NCBI GenBank assembly: GCA_973895155.1
Contig: OZ316895.1
Location: 22,580,558-22,644,557 of the forward strand
From: Marsupella aquatica
Lineage: Eukaryota; Plantae; Marchantiophyta
Reading direction: 5' to 3'
DNA length: 64,000 nt
Below, one piece after another: positions 58,301 to 64,000 of this stretch (positions within the stretch are counted from its first letter, which is position 1; the number at the start of each line of letters is the position of its first letter). The notes under the pieces were generated by a model. It was not told the origin of the DNA and searched no databases. It saw only the letters and a list, made by a program, of their open reading frames with translations. Position numbers and translations under genes: made by a program.

Positions 58301-61166
58301 ACTGTATGTTCTTGCACATCACAGATGTTTGTGTGTTTGACTGTCTTGGATGGTATACTCACTATCTCAAACCTTGCTAAGCATTATGAGATATAATCTG
58401 GTGATGTGACAGATCCTGATGGCCCAAGTGCTTATTCAGTCAGCCACTTCCCTTAATGAGTATATGGTCTCCTATACTTCTCCCCACATATGCAACTTGA
58501 CATAAGGTTGCCCATGAAGGTCAAGTGGTTGCTGTTATACATTTTCTGCCATTTCAAAGGGTGTCACTCACGGTGTTTTTGGCCCTTTTATTTCTCATAA
58601 AGAAATCACCCTATTTCATACCATCTCCATACAATGCCTCTTCTAAAGCCCAGTGATGTTCTCCATTGTCAGAGCTTTGGGGTTTGGGTCCTCACTCCTC
58701 AGCTAATGTACTTCAGCACCGTGTGCATGCATCACAACTTTACAACCTTTCAAACATTAAATTGTACAACTCTTAATTACTTTGCCACTAAAGATATCCA
58801 AATTGATAATACTGTCATGTTTTGTTTTTAGTATTTACAAATATGCCACAATTTGGTACAAAGATGACAAGTTTAGCAAAGCAACCAAGGTGGGAATATA
58901 GGAAAAATAGTGACAACATTGTAAATTAGAATATCTGTAGTGGCAATGTAGGTGCTGCTAAGTTGTATTTGAAATCTGTAACATTTTGGACTCAACACTT
59001 CACTCTTTGCAAAGTAAGGGATCCTGTCCTTCAATCTAGTGTTAGGAATTGACTTGAGTTTCCAACTGTAATTAGTTTGACCTTACTAGGGTTAGTTGAC
59101 CCTTGGTTAGTTTAAGATAAGATACATTTATTTAGGCCCACACATCTTAGTCTCCCTTTGGGGGGTATAGGTTGGAGAGAGAACATTCTCTCCCTCATTT
59201 TTCACATGTATTTTCTCATGAGCTATGGATCTTTCAAAAGTTTCTCCACCATTAGTATTTTGTAGGTGTAGTATGAGATTGTGTGCATTCTCATGTTCCG
59301 ATGGTTTCCTACATCTACAACTATACTAAAGAATCCCGCATTTTTTTGTTCTTTGTCCCAATACAAAAAAGCTCCTGGGCAGGAAAGATCCACAACCATT
59401 GGATTCATGTGATTGTTTTCCCTGACCATTGATGGAAGAAATGAGCACCCCTGGCGCATATGTGCTTCCCTAGGTTACCCCATAAATGCCCCTGCCCGAC
59501 TCCCTATGGACTGGCCCTCCTTGCCAGCGGGTTGGGCATAGGGGATTATGAGGCTCCCACATATGGTCTACCTGCATGGACCATATATATATATATATAT
59601 CCTTTATATCCCATTGAGGGACAGGTCCTGTCCCTAACCGTATTCAATTTCTCTTGATCCTATACGTAATTTATGGCCGTATGAATGAGCTTGACCGTAT
59701 GTGCACCATTATAGAGGAGAATTGGTGATGTGGCAGATTTCGATTCGCCCAAATGCTCGTGTAGTCAACCACTGCCATTAGCGAACAATCAGCACTCCTC
59801 ACTCAACATCTTGCACACCGAAAAAGCTGTCGATTGATCATATCACATAATGCATTCAGTCAGGCGTGTAAAGAAAGACACTGCCTCCATCATTCTCTCG
59901 GCCCACCGTCCTCCAGAGTGATCCGACCCTCACAGAGTCACAGCACACCGACCTGGGATCTTGGGAACTCTTCGAGCGCACCTTTGTGCTTCAGCAGATC
60001 GGATCAGCAGCAAATCTGCAGAAGCAGAGCAGAGCAGAGTCGAGTACAGTACAATGCAGTGCTGGCTCTTGTTCTCTCTTGGCTGTCCTTCTGCTGCTGC
60101 TCCTCATCCTCCACCTGCTTCACCACTTCGCACTGCTCGACTCCTCCAGCTGCTGGCGCTGGTGCTGCTGAGCTCCTATTTCTCGTCCCCTGCGTCTCCT
60201 TCTTCCTCCTGTTCCGTTCCACTTCGACCACGGTATGAACGATCCGACTCCCGCTGCAGCTGACGCGCCGGTGCAAGAAGTGTGTTCGTTGGAATCGCCG
60301 CCAGCAATGAACCACCTTGTTCTCCTTCTGCTTCTCCCGTCGCTCTGTCTTCTCCCTCTCCCTGGTCGTCAATTCTCGTATTCTCCTTGCGGGGCTTCCT
60401 TTTGTTGGCATTGAGAGGCCAGCGCGCTCCTTTCTTCGTCGACCTCCTTCATATCAAGCGAGACACGAGAGGACGCAAGACAAAAGCAGTCGAAGCTTTA
60501 TGTCGACTGATCAGACGAAACGAAGCGGCAATAATACATTCCTGCGTGGTCCGACGGGTGGAGTTCTGGGGGTGGTGGTCGGAGGGGGCGAAGAGCTTGG
60601 AGGGGAGGCATTGGAAGGCGAGAAGGGAACAATTGGGTAGTACAAGCGGAGCCGGATCTTGGGAGTCACTTGTCCATTGCTTTCGTTTGGTGGGTTCGCT
60701 TGGTCTACTTTTAGGAGAAAGACAATTTGCTACCTGTCCATTTGGGTTGGCACGACAGACCAGACAAAGTTCATTGGGACGGTTGCAGTGGATTCCCTCC
60801 ATGCATGCCATATTGGTATCCTCTCTGCTGGGGTGGAGCTAAGCGAGACTGGCAGAGGTCACAAATTAATGATAGGTTTTCCTCGTTGGTTGATCCTGAT
60901 TGTGCTACAGCCAGCAGTTCCCATGTCCACTTGGGAGAACAAATTTCATCCATGTGCGTTAGCTGATCTGGGGTCGTTTTGATCACACACATTTCATAGT
61001 TTTCGACGTCATTTTCTCCGTCCTACCTGCTGTTAATTTTCTTGAGCCCGGCATCTCAACCCAACTCAAGTGAAATCAACCCCAACTAAAACCACCCCTC
61101 GTCTCAGTTTTCTCTCTACCGTCGGTCTTTGTACGGGACTTACATTAAGCAGGCAAGCTGGCGTCC

Positions 61167-63761
61167 ATGTCGTTCAACTTCTTCAAGCAATTCAAGCTCA
61201 AAACGCCAGCGGAGCTGGTGAGGGTGACTCGGGATGCACTGCTTGCGCTGGATTCTAAAACTGTGGCAGAAGTCCGCCTCCTCGAGAAGGTTTGCGCTCC
61301 ACACCTAGAAATGAGGGACATTGTGATTGCCAGAGAGTAGAAATGCTGAAGTGTACACATTTGGTGAAAAATTGTTGCAACAACCTTTGAGGTCTCTCCG
61401 CCGTGATACCTGTCATAAACTTGCCAAGAAAAAGTTCTGGGGTTTGCGATTGCGTTACAGATGTGGGCATGCGTATACTGCCCAGTCTTCTGGAGAGACA
61501 ATGTTGAAGAGGATCAAAGCAGCATAGGTGCTGAAGTAGATTCCCGTTCACATTGCGTATTCGACCTCTGTGCATTGTACAAATGGATCACTTAGCTGGT
61601 CCATTCTGATGTTGACTCACGCAGCCACTCAGGCAATTAACTTATGGATCCAAAGCTCGGAAGGATGTACGCTGTCGTAGATAGAGATTTAGGTTCTTGC
61701 TGCGATCGCATTCATTCTTATTCTTATCGATTTCACTTTTTTGCGTATTCGACCTCTGTATAATGTATGAACGGATGACTTTAGCTTGCCCAAATTCTGA
61801 CTCAGGATCTCCCAACCAGTCGGGCAAATACAAGTCCTTGCATGCAATTATCCGTTTCAGCCATTTTATTACGGAATTGAGATCAAACTTCCTTCTATAA
61901 GTTAGGTCGCGGGTCGGAGCAACTACCACTCAAAAGATAACTCCAGTAGTCTGGAATAACAGAAAGCTAGTCATTCATTCAGACATAGTCCTTGAAAGGG
62001 CCTTCATGTATAATTGGGAAAGACATAAATGGACCTACTAGCCAAGCAATTGAAGGCACCTAAGAAAGATTTGTTGGACGCGTGCAAAGGTCAGGAGCTT
62101 GGAGAGATAATAATGAAGAAAGAGTGACTGAAAAGCAATGCCTCACGGAAGAAATGGTTCTGCTGGAACTAATTAAGAGTAGTCTGACATATGACGAGTC
62201 CCAGGTCCTGTGCAGCTTTCCAGTTTGTGGTAGCTCCCCTTTGCGATGTATGACAGAGCTGTAAGTTTCTTGATGCAGGCACTGGAAGAGGTGGACAAGA
62301 ATCTAGTGGCAATGAAGCATATGCTCTTAGGAGAGGGTGATGCAGAGCCGAATCCCGAGCAGGTCTCCCAACTGGCAGTGGAAGCGTGCAAAGATGACTT
62401 CCTAGAGCTACTGGTTCAAAAGTTGCCGACCCTTGGATGGGATGTACGTTTTCAATCCTATGTACAACGCTTCTTTCTAGGGTACTGTTTGGTAGTGAGA
62501 GGGTTGCGTTTCATCTGTAAGATTCCAGTCGGCAACTTCAGAACGGCGTGCTGCCCTTGTAGTTTACTTCCATGACTATCCGTGGCTGAGTCACCTAACG
62601 TAAATTGAAGCTTGAGAGGTACCCAGTTGTTCAGTTCGTGTTTGGATTTGTGCAGGCCAGAAAGGACTCGGTGAATATCTGGTGCGCATTATTGAGGCAG
62701 AATGTTGGGGGCAAACAAATTTGCTTGGAGTTGATAGAACAACACACTGAGCTTATTGATTTCCTTGTCTCATGGTAGGTACGTTCCTTGATACGCACAA
62801 ATGCATGTGCTCATATTTTCTGTACTTCTCTGGTCAACTGTATTTTTTGCAAAATCGTAAGCTTAGCATTACCGATTTGTGTTTGTTTCTCATAGTAGGT
62901 GTGTCCTCATTTTGCTCAAATATATGGGCTTCTTCTCTCCAATCTAGTCTGTTCAAAAGCCCAATCCTCTGACGTGTTCCACCTCAAACACTAATTTTCA
63001 GAGAGCTTTTTAGAAGATGAAAATTTATTGCTACTTCCAAAGAAACTTGTCCCTAAGATTTGTGGAAGGCGTTGTTCACACTCGCATCTGGTTGTGTCAG
63101 CTATGAGACCAAGGAGATTGCTCTAAATTGTGGCAACATGCTCAGGGAATGCGCGAGGTATCCCATCCTGGCGAAGTAAGCCCTAATCCCGTGATATGCC
63201 TACCAGTAGTAGTACATACAGGTTATGAGTGGAGTAGGAGGTACCAAGTGAGATTTCCTTGCTCTTTTGCTAGGGTCTGTGAGTACCTACACGTTGAAAG
63301 AGATTCTGTGTAAGGCAAGCCTATCCACATTTTTTTTCTATTTTATGGTAGTGAGATCATCAGTAATTAGTGTTAGACCTGTTGAAACAGGTACATGCTG
63401 GAGTCAGCAAGCTTTGAGCTATTCTTTAAGTATGTGGAGCTTCCAAACTTTGACATTGCTTCTGATGCATTCTCCACATTCAAGGTTGGGCATACTTACC
63501 TTCATAAACTCAAGCAGTCCCTGGATCTCTTTCTTTGGTATTAATTTGAAGTTTTCGACGGATGATGGAAAGATTTCGTGTCATGTGTTCAGTTAAATAG
63601 AACTAACTGGATTCGAGCAGCTGTTGGGACCTGACGATACTTTTTTTATAATCATTTTTCAATGAGTTCAAATAATATATATTTTTTATGCCCTTGTGCA
63701 GGAGCTTCTCACAAGACATGAGGTGATTGTGTGTGAATACCTCACCAAAAATTATTCACAG
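61167..63761 (+). CDS. MO25: MO25/CAB39-like scaffold protein (At5g18940-type), first 6 coding exons; gene continues beyond the window
   Basis: Exons 61167-61289, 62279-62443, 62656-62774, 63101-63175, 63391-63484 and 63702-63761 give [92 protein letters not shown]. A 5'-UTR intron acceptor lies at 61152. Confidence 0.95.
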
Positions 63762-64000
63762 GTAATTATTTGCGTAACCAAGTCTATTTTTATCGCCGCT
63801 CGCCAGAAATACAATCCAAAGCTTATGTTATATATCTTCGAGTTTACCGTAGGAGGTAGTATTGTATAATAATATTGAAGTTAGCAGCTTCGTTGGACAT
63901 GCTTGTCTGTGGGCATTTTCTTAAAAGTTCGGATGAATGAGCTTACAGAATAGAACGAGTAGTCGCGCTGTTTTAAAGCACTATCTGGAACGTAAGTATT

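Overview
Eukaryotic, intron-rich land-plant genomic DNA; a bryophyte/non-seed plant is plausible but cannot be proven from the sequence. There are four spliced genes on the + strand: an NPH3/RPT2-like BTB protein (2499-5344), a 16-exon cytosolic pyruvate kinase (10535-17889), an XB3/XBAT31-type ankyrin-RING E3 ligase with a tandemly amplified C-terminal tail (38488-43853), and a MO25-like gene that runs off the window (61167->). The intergenic DNA holds two decayed full-length Ty1/copia LTR retrotransposons (24009-30389 minus; 48203-55929 plus), a non-autonomous Helitron, two copies of an 8-bp-TSD MITE family, an orphan LTR+PBS relic and many short tandem duplications. The most striking observation is that the two copia elements, although independent insertions (opposite orientation, different LTRs and TSDs), sit about 12 bp apart within two diverged copies of the same ~250-bp host sequence, which suggests sequence- or structure-targeted integration. 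Both also carry an in-frame TGA at the same gag-pol position and an acidic N-terminal Gag extension. All coordinates and alignments were done by eye.
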